A stretch of DNA of 64,000 nucleotides from assembly GCA_951406725.2 (NCBI GenBank), contig OX597830.1:8742001-8806000 (forward strand), written 5' to 3'. The position numbers were made by a program, and so were the translations under genes. The notes beneath the pieces were generated by a model that was not told where the DNA came from, did not search any database, and saw only the letters and a list, made by a program, of their open reading frames with translations. The DNA comes from Octopus vulgaris (Eukaryota). Below are positions 14,403-27,704 of this stretch, in pieces (position 1 is the stretch's first letter; every line of letters starts with the position of its first letter).

Positions 14403-15134
14403 ACTACTACTATTACTACTACTACTACTATCGACAATAACAAACGCGATAACCACTGCCGCCGTCGGTGTTAGTTTCATCATCATTCATCATCATCATC
14501 ATCATCATGAAGAACACAATCATCCATTATATCTCTGTAATCATCATCATCATCATCATCAACACCATCCTTCTCTTCAATCTCCTCGTCTTCCTATCAT
14601 CGCAATTCATCAACGTCATCATCACCATCATCATCATCATCATCATCATCATCCCATCATCACCACCACCACCACCACGACCATGATGGCACCACCACCA
14701 CCACCACTATTATCATCAGCAGCAGTAGCAACAGCATCACTATCACTGCGACCAGGACGATGACGACAACGACCACTACCACCTACCCCCCCCCCCCCCC
14801 AACACAAGTCCACATCACCACCACCACCACCACCACCACCACCACCACCACCACCACCACCACCACCACCACCACCACCACCACCACCACCACCACCACC
14901 ACCATCACCACCACCACCACCACCATCAACACCACCACAACCGCCACCACCCTCAACAACATACCATCCGCACAAATTATTCAATGGAGGTGTGAGTTAC
15001 CATGGCCACGCCTCTTAGTTTATGAGGTGTTGGTGAGCGCGGGGAGATGTGTGTGCGTGTATGTGGGAGACGGGGAGGGAGGGAGGGAGAGAGAACTAGG
15101 TGACTTTATAGTTGTTGTTGTCGTTGTGTTTTTG

Positions 15135-15166
<32 letters not shown>

Positions 15167-15190
15167 GGTGGTGGTGGTGATGGTGATATA
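12960..15190. repeat. Trinucleotide-repeat mosaic (CTG/GTG/GAT/CAC/CTA) upstream of the engrailed ATG
   Basis: Continuous runs of triplet repeats interrupted by short unique islands. Confidence 0.85.
13887..13961. promoter_or_regulatory. Cluster of three perfect CRE (TGACGTCA) sites upstream of the engrailed ATG
   Basis: TGACGTCA at 13887-13894, 13936-13943 and 13954-13961. Confidence 0.5.
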
Positions 15191-15385
15191 GGTTTCTGCT
15201 TGACCACGTGACTTATCGCCCAAGGTACTCACAAAATACCGAAAGATTTCTTTGGCAACATTTAAAACCACGAATCTGAGATAGAGTAAGGTTTTCTGGG
15301 GCCTGTTGTTGGTAGCCTCTCTGTGAGTGCCTGTGTGCGTGTGTGTGTGTGTGTATACACATACATACATACATACATACATACA

Positions 15386-15420
<35 letters not shown>

Positions 15421-15616
15421 GCGTACACACATATATATATATGCATGCATATATGCATGTGTGTGTATGTGTGAAAAATTAATCAAGGGACATACTAAGT
15501 ATGTCTACCTGCTGGAAATAACAGTCAAAACTCTTATTTAAATCGCCAAATTACGTCAGATAATAACGGAGTCAATGGTATTTTAGCAAATTAACTTTTC
15601 GTGAATTATTTACTCC

Positions 15617-15662
<46 letters not shown>

Positions 15663-15758
15663 ATAAAACGGTAAGATAACAAAAGAAAGAAAGAGACCTC
15701 AATATTATGTAAATAGAGGAAATTTATCTATACAATATGTTACATTACTCGGTAGTCA

Positions 15759-15821
15759 AGATAAAACTCTGAGTTTCAGATGCCGAAGTGGAAATCCACA
15801 ACACCATCTCTTCGGTTATCT
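15759..15821 (-). ncRNA. Hammerhead-like motif (CCGAAGA core)
   Basis: Minus strand: AGAUAA-CCGAAGA-GAUG...CAUCU-GAAA-CUC-A-GAG-U-U-UUAUCU. Confidence 0.65.
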
Positions 15822-16063
15822 GGCTCTTTTCATAGAATAATCTATGTGATATGCGTCCATATTAGATTCTTTTGTTTGTGAGAGTCCTCAACCGATGTTA
15901 GGCGATAATCCCAAAAAGGTCGTATTAGCTCTTAGTTGAGAATAACGTCGTCCGGGAGGTGATTTATTGATAAAACGGTAAGATAACAAAAGAAAGAAAG
16001 AGACCTCAATATTATGTAAATAGAGGAAATTTATCTATACAATATGTTACATTACTCGGTAGT

Positions 16064-16130
16064 CAAGATAACCGAAGAGATGGTGTTGTGGATTTCCACT
16101 TCGGCATCTGAAACTCAGAGTTTTATCTTG
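16064..16130 (+). ncRNA. Hammerhead-like motif (CCGAAGA core), inverted copy
   Basis: CAAGATAA-CCGAAGA(16072-16078)-GATG...CATCT-GAAA(16110-16113)-CTCAGAG-T-T-TTATCTTG. Confidence 0.65.
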
Positions 16131-16157
16131 ACTACCGAGTAATGTAACATATTGTAT

Positions 16158-16209
<52 letters not shown>

Positions 16210-16355
16210 GGGCGCAGTTGTGGCTGTGTGGTAAGTAGCTTGCTTACCAACCACATGGTTCTGTGTTCGATTCCACTACGTGACACCTTGGGCGAATGTC
16301 TTCTACTATAGCCTCGGGCCGACCAAAGTCTTGTGAGTGGATTTGGTGGGCGGAA

Positions 16356-16416
<61 letters not shown>

Positions 16417-16503
16417 AGTTGAAATTTACAGGAAAAAAAGACAAAGACAAGTGTGCGAACAACAAGCAAGTGTATTAGTTTGACGCTCAGGAAAATAAGG
16501 AAG

Positions 16504-16540
16504 TCTTTAACGTTTCGAGCCTATGCTCTTCCACAGAATA
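16504..16540 (-). ncRNA. Minimal hammerhead-like motif (CUGUGGA core), truncated stem I
   Basis: Minus strand: UU-CUGUGGA-A-GAGC-AUAG-GCUC-GAAA-CGU-U-AAAGA. Confidence 0.5.
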
Positions 16541-16620
16541 TACATATATATTCTCTTACATTATCACCAAGCGATGATAGGGAAGCAAACACAGGCACAA
16601 AGATACACGCACAAACATAT

Positions 16621-16686
<66 letters not shown>

Positions 16687-17024
16687 GGTGGACTTCTTTC
16701 AGTTTCCGTCTACCAAATTCACTGACAAGGCTTTGGTCAGCCTGAGTTTATAGTAGAAGACACTTGCCTAAGATGCCACGGAACCATGTGGTTGGGAAGC
16801 AAGCTTCTTACCACACAGCCCCGCCTCCGCTTATGTATATGTATATATATATATATATATATATAGGGAAGGAAAAATTGTAAAAAGGCAGAATGCTAAA
16901 TTGAAAGAAAATTTTAATGAAAATGGGTGTATGGAAAAGTTTTTGAAAAATTGATAAAATATATATATATATATTAATTCAAACCGTATATAGGACGTGT
17001 ATATATATGTGTATAGGATTGTGT

Positions 17025-17061
<37 letters not shown>

Positions 17062-17158
17062 CGGGAAGCTTTATGAAAATAGACAAAAGACGAAGGCAGG
17101 TGGGAAACAAACAAACAATTGTATTAGTATGGCGCTCAGGAAATATAAATAAAACAAG

Positions 17159-17196
17159 TCTTTAACGTTTCGAGCCTACGCTCTTCAACAGAAAGA
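17159..17196 (-). ncRNA. Minimal hammerhead-like motif (CUGUUGA core)
   Basis: Minus strand: UCUUU-CUGUUGA-A-GAGC-GUAG-GCUC-GAAA-CGU-U-AAAGA (5-bp stem I). Confidence 0.6.
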
Positions 17197-17603
17197 TACA
17201 CAGAAAGAAAAAAAACACAGAAAGAAGGAGAGAGAAAAAAATGCGTGCAGTAACTAACGAATCAACATGGCGATCTGATTTCGGCCAGAGGTCAAAGATC
17301 AAACATGAGACACGAGAGCGAAATAAGGGGAGATAATAGGGTTGATAATAGGGTTGAATGACCAGCTATTAGTGCGTAGGAGAGGTCTGGACGTGTGTAT
17401 GAATAGGGTTGGTGTATGTATTAGTATGTATTAGTATGTATAAGGGTGTGTGTGTGTGTGTGTATGAGAGAGTATAAGTGCGTATGAGGGGTCTGGACGT
17501 GTGTATGTATAGGGTTGGTGTATGTATTAGTATGGCACATCATATATGATGTGATGTGTAAAGTCGTGTGGTGTAGTGAGGAGAAGAGGGGGAGGGGGAG
17601 AAG

Positions 17604-17650
<47 letters not shown>

Positions 17651-17679
17651 TACATAGATAGGTATGAATGTACACGCGT

Positions 17680-17721
<42 letters not shown>

Positions 17722-18251
17722 ACACACACACACAGATAAACAGGGATCAGTTTAAGTCAATCTGTCCCTGATGGATGACGGGTCCCTGGATTACCAGGCC
17801 TTGATAAATTTGAACTCCCATCACTCAGAGGCGGCAATTTGGCAGAATCGGTAGAACGTGGGAAAAGAAAAAAGGTACTTTGCTTTACATGTTCCGACTC
17901 TTTACATTCTGCGTTCAAATACCATCGAGGTGGCCGATAAAATAATGTACCAGTGAAATACTAGGGCCAATGGCATCGACTGAACCCCCTCCCCTCTATT
18001 TTGCAGGCCTTGTGTCGAAACTTGAAACCATTATAAGAGGACGAATTAACAGAATCTTTAGCGCGTCGGACAAAATGCATAGCGGCATTTCTTTCACCAC
18101 TTTACCTTCTGTGCTCAAATTCCACGGAGGTCAACTTTGCCTTTCGTCCAGTTGTGAGCGATAAAAAAAAAATGCTAGTCAAGTACTGAGGTCGATGTAA
18201 CCGACTAAACCTTCCCTATCAAAGTGCTGCCCTTGTACCAAAATGTGAAAC

Positions 18252-18320
<69 letters not shown>

Positions 18321-18321
<1 letters not shown>

Positions 18322-18848
18322 GAATGAGAGAGCAGTGCATGCCATCAAAGTGACACTGGGATAAAATGTACGAAGCTCAGTATACCCATCATGACTACCC
18401 TTCTGATAAGGGTACACCAGGCACATGCATCACAACCATATGTGCGCGACATGGTGATCTCATAAACAGTGCATGACCTTGCAGGTGGGGCCCAGTTAGA
18501 ATTTTTTTGAAGTTGAGTAACCCATCCTGCTCAAAAGGACCCTGAATAAGGGTTGTTTGCAGATAATGAACGAAACACCCATGTTTCCAGAGGTGAATTA
18601 TTCAACACATGGCTATGATGCTCCCTCACTACTTCTGCTCGTGATCAGAGATGCACATATCGTCAGCCACTAAGGGACATGGTCAACTGGTTAAGGTCAA
18701 ACAACTGACAAGCAAATCTGTGGTATTGAGCAGAATATTTGCTGTAGCCCATCTTTTATACCAAGACAAAACAATGTACATGATAACACTTCCAATCAGT
18801 TAAGATCAGAAGCCATGAGAGCCACTGCCTGGTACTGCATCAGGGCAT
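18321..18848. mobile_element. Interspersed repeat family C inserted in (ATT)n
   Basis: Near-identical copies at 41570-41985 and 63930-64000, all abutting (ATT)n at the same end. Confidence 0.75.
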
Positions 18849-18884
18849 CTTATTATTATTATCATTATTATTATTGTTATTATT

Positions 18885-18973
<89 letters not shown>

Positions 18974-19031
18974 TATTATTATTATTATTTTCATTATTAT
19001 TATTATTATCATCATCATCATCATCATCATT

Positions 19032-19102
<71 letters not shown>

Positions 19103-20521
19103 ACGCACGCACACACATACACACACAACACACACATATACACATGCATACACACACGCGCGCATACATGTATATAGTTTGATAGACAGATAAATAGATA
19201 TAGACAAACAGACAGATAAGTTTCTGTCAACGAAATACACTCACAAAGCATTATCCCACTAAGTCAAGATGCCACGCCGTGGGACTGAACCGGAAGCCAT
19301 GTGGTTAGATAGCGAACCTCTTGACCACACAACCATGAGTATGTGTGTGTGTGTGTGTGCGTGTGAGAGAGAAAGAGAGAGGAGAAAGTTTCAAGATTTT
19401 GATGATTAGGAAATGTGATGTCGTGACGTTCATGCTGTTGATCAGATTCCCTGTGTTTCATGGATAGATATCGAAACCGGATCGTACTGTTCCCAGCACA
19501 GCAGCTGATGACAAATTTAGTTTACAACACACTCATACATTAATAAATAAATAAATACATGCACATATATATATATGGGGGAAAAAAGGTATATATATAA
19601 AAATATATATTCTTTTATTTGTTGTCCTTTTTTGTATCACCTAAATGTCAGGATGTTTTGCGTTCTTGTCCCATTTTGTGTTATATATATATATATACGA
19701 CGAGCTTCTTTCAGTTTCCGTCTACGAAATTCAGTCAGAAGGCTTTGGTCAGCCCGACTAAAAGGCCCTTTAAGGTGGTGCTCCGGCATGGCCGCAGTCA
19801 AATGACTGAAAGTAGCAAAATAACGAAAGAAGAAATATGCAAACACACACGCAGTTACATGTAGATATAGAGATCGATCGATCGATCGATTGACCGGTCG
19901 ATAGATATATAGATCATACATAAGCAAATACATGCACACATACATACATAGATGTGTTGCTCCAGCTTGGCCGTAGTCCTGTGACTCAAACCATTAAAAG
20001 AATACATATATATGTATGTATGTACACACACACACACACACACACACGCAGTTGAATGGATAAAAAGATTATTTGCAAGGGGGTGGGTCTAAGCATAAGC
20101 GTGAAGTGAGAGAGGGTGAGAGTTAGTGAGAAAGAGAGAGAAGAAATGAGAGAAATAGAGAGAGGAAGAAATAGATTAAGAGAACTAAAATTATAATAGA
20201 GAAGAAAGATTAAGAAGTTTAAAGGAGGAGTAGGTGGAGGAGAGAAACTAGAGAAAGTAATTAAAAAGTAGGTAAAGTCGTAGGAGAATAGTTGAGATGT
20301 ATTTACCTTATTAGCTCCGCCTACAACGTTCGCAGCTACCCAATCGCATATCTTGTCATTGTCGAGGGCGTGGTTACTCCATGTTTATTTATTATAATTA
20401 ACTCTTTTCCCTTTAGTGAAGGATTGAAGCTAATTTTAACCGTGAACCCGTCTCGACAGCTTAGTGCCTTTTTGTTTGTTTTTTGTTTCTAGTTATTTCT
20501 CACTCTCTTCTCTCTCTTTCC

Positions 20522-20559
<38 letters not shown>

Positions 20560-20607
20560 GTTTAATCCTCTCTCTTTTTATGTCTCTTTCTTTATCCCCC
20601 TGTATTG

Positions 20608-20683
<76 letters not shown>

Positions 20684-20736
20684 GTCTATCTATCTATCTA
20701 TCTAGCTAGCTAGCTAGCTAGCTATTTCTCAATGTT

Positions 20737-20768
<32 letters not shown>

Positions 20769-20780
20769 TATATATATATG

Positions 20781-20880
20781 AGGTCGCATGGCCTAGCGGT
20801 TAGGATGTTGCACTGACGATCGCAAGATCGTAAGTTCGACTCCTAGAGCGGGTGGTGGATTGTATTCTTGAACAAAACCC
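20781..20880 (+). mobile_element. tRNA-derived SINE head
   Basis: A-box TGGCCTAGCGG and B-box GTTCGACTCC, no proper acceptor stem, followed by CORE-like TTCTTGAACAAAAC. Confidence 0.55.
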
Positions 20881-21178
20881 CCGACACCTGACGCGTTGCA
20901 TATCGTGGCACCTGTTCAGACTACGACGATTTTATGGAGAGAGTGGGTTAATGTGGGGCACGAACCAGAAACGAATGTGCAGGTCTTTCGAGCAAAGCTG
21001 AACTCACATACGTCGTCTTCGATGGGAAAGTCCAACACATACATACATACATACATGTATATATGAATATGTATTTGTGTGTGTGTATATATATATATAT
21101 ATATAGGGAGAATTCACCAAAAAAACGTGTGTAAACAACAAACAGATGCATTAGTTTAACGCAAGGGAAGTGGAAAAG

Positions 21179-21216
21179 TCTGTAACGTTTCGAGCCTACG
21201 CTCTTCCACAGAAGGG
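21179..21216 (-). ncRNA. Minimal hammerhead-like motif (CUGUGGA core)
   Basis: Minus strand: CCCUU-CUGUGGA-A-GAGC-GUAG-GCUC-GAAA-CGU-U-ACAGA; stem I is imperfect. Confidence 0.5.
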
Positions 21217-21314
21217 AACACAGAAATAAAAAGGGAAAGAAAATAATGTGTAGTGGCTAGCGATTACATACATACGCACACAGACACGTGTGTATGTCTG
21301 TGTTCCAGTATTTA

Positions 21315-21388
<74 letters not shown>

Positions 21389-21534
21389 GCTAGCTAGCTA
21401 GCTAGCTAGCTATCTATATATATATATACATATATATGTATATATATGTGTGCGTGTGTGTGTATATATATATATATAAGCCTGTATATATGCATGTATA
21501 TGTATGTATGTGTATATATATATATATATATACT

Positions 21535-21699
21535 TTTATTCTTTTATTAGTAACCATACTGGAGCACCGTCTTATTCTTTGTAAATCTGGTATTTATTGT
21601 ATCAATCTCTTTTGCTGAACCACTAAGATACGGGGACGTAAAGATACCAATATCGGTTGTCAAGCGATGGCGGGGTGTCAAACACAGACACAAACACCC

Positions 21700-21747
<48 letters not shown>

Positions 21748-21850
21748 CACGGGCTTCTCAGTTCCCATCAAGGCTTTTAGTAGAAGACACTTGCCCAAGG
21801 TGTCACGCTATGGGACTGAACCCGGAACCATGTGATTGGGGAGCAAGATT
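21535..21850 (-). mobile_element. SINE family A (internally deleted)
   Basis: Consensus blocks GGAGCACCG, TCGGTTGTCAAGCGATG and AGAAGACACTTGCCCAAGG. Confidence 0.7.
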
Positions 21851-22431
21851 CTTATCATTGCGTACTTTGTGTGTTCTTTGATGTTGTTGATTAGCCCTAG
21901 GTCATCCAGTAAACCATAAATCAGACATACCATCCATGACCATCTCGTCTTAGTCCAGATATTCACAACTCAGTATTGCCTTTTTCATAGTTTAGGGTGT
22001 GGTTTGAAGACGATTTGGTTATTATTTCTAGCACTGCTCTTGCTGGTGTTGTGGATATTCTGAGAGATATTTGATGCGAAATGTATAAACAACACAACAT
22101 CACTACTCATTTCACTCTGTAGAATAACTAGAGAGCTTCGACGTGGCTGTACTGCCTGCTGGAAATAACAGTCAAATCTCCCTCAAATTGTACTCTGACG
22201 TCTTGAAACAGACAGAACACAAGTGCAGTAGTGTTTCTACTTCGCCGATTTTGGAACGTAACACCCACGATAGTCGAGGGATTAGTGTATACGTGTGTGT
22301 GTGTGTATTTATGAATTTACATACATATATACTTTCTACATACATTTAATGGTTACGTGTGATCTGCCCGGTGCATTCTAGAAGTTTTGAGCCTTTTTTT
22401 TTTCCGGAGAAGCAGTTATAACTATCCCAGA

Positions 22432-22699
22432 TCTATTGTGTCTGGGGAGAGTCATTCTCTTTTTGTGCCTTATAATGTAACACACTCACCGGTAAAATTT
22501 CCACTTATTTCTTATTTTTATTTTCCTAAACTTTTCGTTGCGTCTTGCAACCTTTTCAAGTGTCAAAACTATTGAAAGGTTTGCAAGACGCAACGAAAAT
22601 TTTAGGAAAATAAAAATAAGAAATAAGTGGAAATTTTACCGGTGAGTGTGTTACATTATAAGGCACAAAATGAAAATAACTCTCCCCAGACACAATAGA
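22432..22699. mobile_element. Fold-back repeat (~128-bp arms) with UUGAAAA-type hammerhead-like motif at its centre
   Basis: Arms 22432-22559 / 22572-22699. Minus arm: UUGAAAA-G-GUUGC-AAGAC-GCAAC-GAAA-AGUU-UAG. Plus arm: CUA-UUGAAAG-GUUUGC-AAGAC-GCAAC-GAAA-AUUU-UAG. A related copy lies at ~5980-6110. Confidence 0.6.
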
Positions 22700-23129
22700 A
22701 TACGCTTCAACACACAAACTCATATAAAGAATCTGGCAAACCAAATCCAAACACGAAATATCCCAGATCATTGTAATTTTAGTATATAATTACTTTATAT
22801 TGAATAAGCTGACCTGTATTTGGTGTCAGGTCAGCTTATTTTATATTGTCAAGTCAGTAATTCCAGATTGATTGGAAACTGCTGTAACAACACTTCGAGC
22901 ACAGCCTCCTAAACACAGCCGACTTGTTTGCAGAAAGCAGTCGGGATGTGAAGACAACTTGTAGCTCGCTATGCAATAAAGCTTTGAGTTAAATTTGTCA
23001 AAATTGTGTGAAATGGTCCAGATTAGTTAGGAATTAACTTGTAGGGGTCGAGGAGTTTTCGCACCAGAGACCAGGCAATGCAAGTCCACGGGGAAGATCG
23101 TGATGACCCCTATTTCTAAAGCAAGGGCA

Positions 23130-23348
23130 TCATCTACCCCAGGATTTATTCTTTGTAAGCCTAGTACTTATTCTATTGGTGTCTTTTGCCGAACCGCTAA
23201 TTACAGGGACGTACACAGACCAGCATCGGTTGTCAAGCGATAGTGTATGTATGTGTGGGGGACAAACAAATACACATACACAAACACACATACAAATACA
23301 TACATACATACATACATACATACATACATACATACATACATACATACA

Positions 23349-23384
<36 letters not shown>

Positions 23385-23517
23385 TGTATGTATACAAGGC
23401 TTTGGTCAGCCCGAGGCTATAGTAGAAGACACTTGATCAAGGTGCCACGTAGTGGGACTGAATCCGGAGCCATGTGGTTCAGAAGTAAGCTTCTTATCGC
23501 ATAGCCACGTCTGCGCC
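23130..23517 (-). mobile_element. SINE family A
   Basis: Consensus blocks with internal (TACA)n. Confidence 0.75.
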
Positions 23518-23819
23518 TAACATAAGGAAATTACCCAATTATTCTACTACAAAACTTTCAAACAAATCTTAAATGTATGTTGAAAATTATTGAGAGTTCG
23601 GGTTTTCCATGTCACAACACTTAGCTACCGAGGAAAATGTTGAAGTATCATTTCTAGTGTGCAGACAATTACCGGTATTTTTGCAGTGTACAACAGATGC
23701 CTCTGGACCATAGAATAGACAGTACCTTTCCGTCTTTGTATCACAGAACAGTTAGTGCCTTGTAGTACCCTTCTGTCTCTGGACCATAAAACAAATTGCA
23801 CTGAACACTATCTGTTTTT

Positions 23820-24250
23820 GGACGATATTTACAATATTTACATTTGGCGGATATTTGTCCTCATCTTGTTTGTTGTTAACACAACGTTTCGGTTGATATA
23901 CCCTCCAGCCTTCATCAGGTGTCTTGGGGAAATTTTGAACCTGGGTTCTCATTCCTAAGGTGTTTTTCAATGTTGTTGATGTTGTTACTATTATTCAGAT
24001 CACTTCTTGGAATTGAACTCGGAATCTTGGGGTTAGTAGCCCGCGCTCTTAACCACTAATAATAACAGCAACAACAACATCGAAAAATACCTTAGGAATG
24101 AGAACCCAGGTTCAAAATTTCCCCAAGACACCTAATGAATGCTGGAGGGTATATCAGCTGAAATGTTGTGTTAACAACAAACAAGATGAGGACAAATATC
24201 CATCAAACGTAAATAATGTAAATAATTCCTCATCTCTTAAATATAGAACT
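23820..24250. mobile_element. Fold-back element: tRNA-like segment plus canonical minimal hammerhead
   Basis: Inverted arms ~23836-23990 / 24065-24217. Minus 23878-23923 reads GACAC-CUGAUGA-A-GGCUG...CAACC-GAAA-CGU-U-GUGUU; the plus copy at 24127-24172 is decayed. The spacer read on minus has A-box TAGTGG and B-box-like GAGTTCAATTCC. Confidence 0.7.
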
Positions 24251-25091
24251 GTATTATAGAAAACTAGTGTTTCAGAATAGCCCTCCGTTTTTGTTGTTGC
24301 TAATTTCAGTTCAAGCCATGGTCATTCTGTCCTTTTTAAGGCATAGAATATTATCCCATCCCAAATTATCCTATATCAAATTTTAACATTTTATATTAGA
24401 TGATTTGATGTTACTCAACATCAAATTTTAAAATGGTCGATTTTAAAGTGGTTGAGAGGAAATGAGACTGTTTTTCTTTATTTAGTGTCTTGGACAACAC
24501 AAAGAAGCTTCCTTATTGACGCGTTTGTTTTTCAGTTCCCACTGATATGTGGAGTGAGATGGAGAAGACCTTATTCTGACACCCAAAACTGCATTTTGCA
24601 TTTGTCTGCAGCCTCTGGTTTCTGATGTATAAACATTAATATATTGTATTTTCAATATATATTTACCCGCATTCAAAGGTTGCTGCGTCGGGCAAAATGC
24701 TTAACGACACTTCACCAATCTTTACGTCCTGAGTTCAATATCCGACGAGGTTGATTTTACCTTATATCATTCAGGGGTCGATAAAAGAAGTAGCAGTTGA
24801 GCACTGGGGTTGATGTAATCGACCGACCCCCACATCCAAACTTGCTAGCCTCGTACCAAAATTTGAAATCATCATTTTGATCATGATCATCATCATCATT
24901 AACACCACCATAATCATTATCAACACCATCAACGGCCATCATGAACATCAACATCAACAAACAACTAATATAATCGTTATTGTCATTAATTTTACGATTT
25001 GTATATTTAATCACATTTTTTTTTATGTTCACACCCGATACACTCGCCAGATAATATTCTACCCCTGCAACAATAGTTACTGCTGCTGCTG

Positions 25092-25151
<60 letters not shown>

Positions 25152-25329
25152 TCAATACTACTATTATCAAGTCATTGTTCACATCAGTTTTCATAATTTT
25201 TTCCTTTTCTGCTTCACTGTTTATTGGTACTCATTTTATTGGCTTACACACACAGACACACACAAATGCGTATATGTGTGTGTGTGTATATATATATCTT
25301 TAGATGATTACATATACCCATATGTATAT

Positions 25330-25367
<38 letters not shown>

Positions 25368-25398
25368 TGTCTGTATCTAAAGATATATATATATGTAT

Positions 25399-25429
<31 letters not shown>

Positions 25430-25430
25430 A

Positions 25431-25479
<49 letters not shown>

Positions 25480-25662
25480 TGCGATTATAAACATAAAAAC
25501 TGAATATTAAGTGGAAAAAAAGTACTTAATACAAGCGTAGCATCAGATATTAAATTATTAAACATAAACGTGTATTCGTGTATGTATATATATATATTAG
25601 CGTGCGTGTATGCATATATTCACATATGTATGCGTATATATATATATATTTGTGTGTATGTG

Positions 25663-25695
<33 letters not shown>

Positions 25696-26387
25696 TTATA
25701 TGTATTTGCATTCTGTGTGTATGTGTATGTTTAATAATTTAATGTCGCTGTACACAAATAAATATCACTCATCCGTTTAATTATACTCCCGCCAATTTTT
25801 ATACACACACACACACACCTGACAGAGCTTGTCTCTTTATCGCTGTTATTATTGTTGTTGTTGTTGTTATTGTTGCTACCTTAATCGTTGTTATTATTAT
25901 TATTATTATTGTTGTGTATCATAAAAAAAAGCGTTGGTAACATGTCTCACAAGTTTACACGTTATTAACCACCAACAACAAGATGGCGGCCATTAAAATA
26001 TGTCCACCTTTTGATATATGTTCATTTAATCTGAATAATATTATTATTGGTGTTGACTACAGTGTTGTTTTTGTTGTTGTTCTTAATGGTTTTGATGATG
26101 ATGATGATGATGATGATGTTTTTAGTAGTCTTGTTGCAATTGTTGATGATGATGTTGATGATGCTGACGATGATGATGATTTGTTAGCGTTGTTGTTGCT
26201 GCTGGAAATGGTGGTGATGACGACGATGATGATGATGATGATGACGACAACGTCGGTTGTTTTGTTAGTTTTGTTGCTGTTTATAATATTTTTTTACAGT
26301 TATTGTCTCTTTTTTTTTTTGTTTTCGCTGGAACTGTGCTTGAGGTTAATGTTGCCGTCGAAGAAAAATGTGACACACATGCACACG

Positions 26388-26448
<61 letters not shown>

Positions 26449-26842
26449 ACAGACTCACACACACGCACACAGACTCACACATACACATTCACACACACAT
26501 TCATACACACATTCACATACACACACATTCACACAAACGCACATTCACGCACACGCACACGCACACACACATACGCACATTCACGCACACGCACACACAC
26601 ACATACTCACATACACATATGCACAGAAATATCTACAGATGCATATGCTAACACACACACGCTTTCTTGTACATATAAATACTTATATATACATACTATA
26701 TATATATAGATAAACATGTGTATACACACACACACACACAAATATAGGTACATGTATATGCATATGTATATATATGTGTGTGTGTTTCCATGTATACATA
26801 CATGTGCACACACATATGTAACTAATATACAGTCATAGATAT

Positions 26843-27054
26843 TACTCTTTTACTCTTTTACTTGTTTCAGTCATTTGACTGCGGCCATGCTGGAGCACCG
26901 CCTTTAGTCGAGCAACTCGACCCCGGGACTTATTCTTTTGTAAGCCCAGTACTTATTATATTGGTCTCTTTTGCCGAACCGCTAAGTAACGGGGACATAA
27001 ACACACCAGCATCGGTTGTCAAGCAATGCTAGAGGGACAAACACAGACACATAA

Positions 27055-27095
<41 letters not shown>

Positions 27096-27285
27096 ATATA
27101 TATTTATATATATATATATATACATATATATACATATATACGACAGGCTTCTTTCAGTTTCCGTCTACCAAGTCCACTCACAAGGCATTGGTCTGCCCGG
27201 GGCTATAACAGAAGACACTTGCCCAAGATGCCACGCAGTGGGATGAACTCGGAACCATGTGGTTGGTTAGCAAGCTACTTACCAC
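26843..27285 (-). mobile_element. SINE family A
   Basis: Near full-length consensus match. Confidence 0.85.
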
Positions 27286-27463
27286 TGCATACAAATATGC
27301 ACGCATGTACCCAGTTATAAAGCCATAAGCTTATATTCACCCACAAACACGTATATGTTGACCCACTCACACTTAAAGGTAGAAATCAAATCATTTATAC
27401 ACATTTATACACACACTCAACTTACATAAGGTACACATATACACTCGCATAGACGTATATATA

Positions 27464-27507
<44 letters not shown>

Positions 27508-27651
27508 GGAAACACCAATGAGGGCAGCGTTGTCGAACTCCCTTGTTGACCAAATGCCACGTATCAGAGGTGGTTTCACATACTAGTGTAGCACATTCAA
27601 CGGTAGTGCCCCAGTATGGCCGCAGCTTTCGTGCTGAAACATATATATATA

Positions 27652-27700
<49 letters not shown>

Positions 27701-27704
27701 GTGT

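Larger units (their letters stand above)
15661..16162 (-). mobile_element. Penelope-like/retrozyme-like element: partial tandem repeat (307-bp period) plus terminal inversion
   Basis: Direct repeat 15661-15764 = 15968-16071; inverted segment ~16064-16162; two hammerhead motifs; (TA)n on both flanks. Confidence 0.65.

Noticed and set aside
20781-20850. Possible tRNA gene
   Set aside because: The acceptor stem does not pair and it continues into SINE-like sequence.
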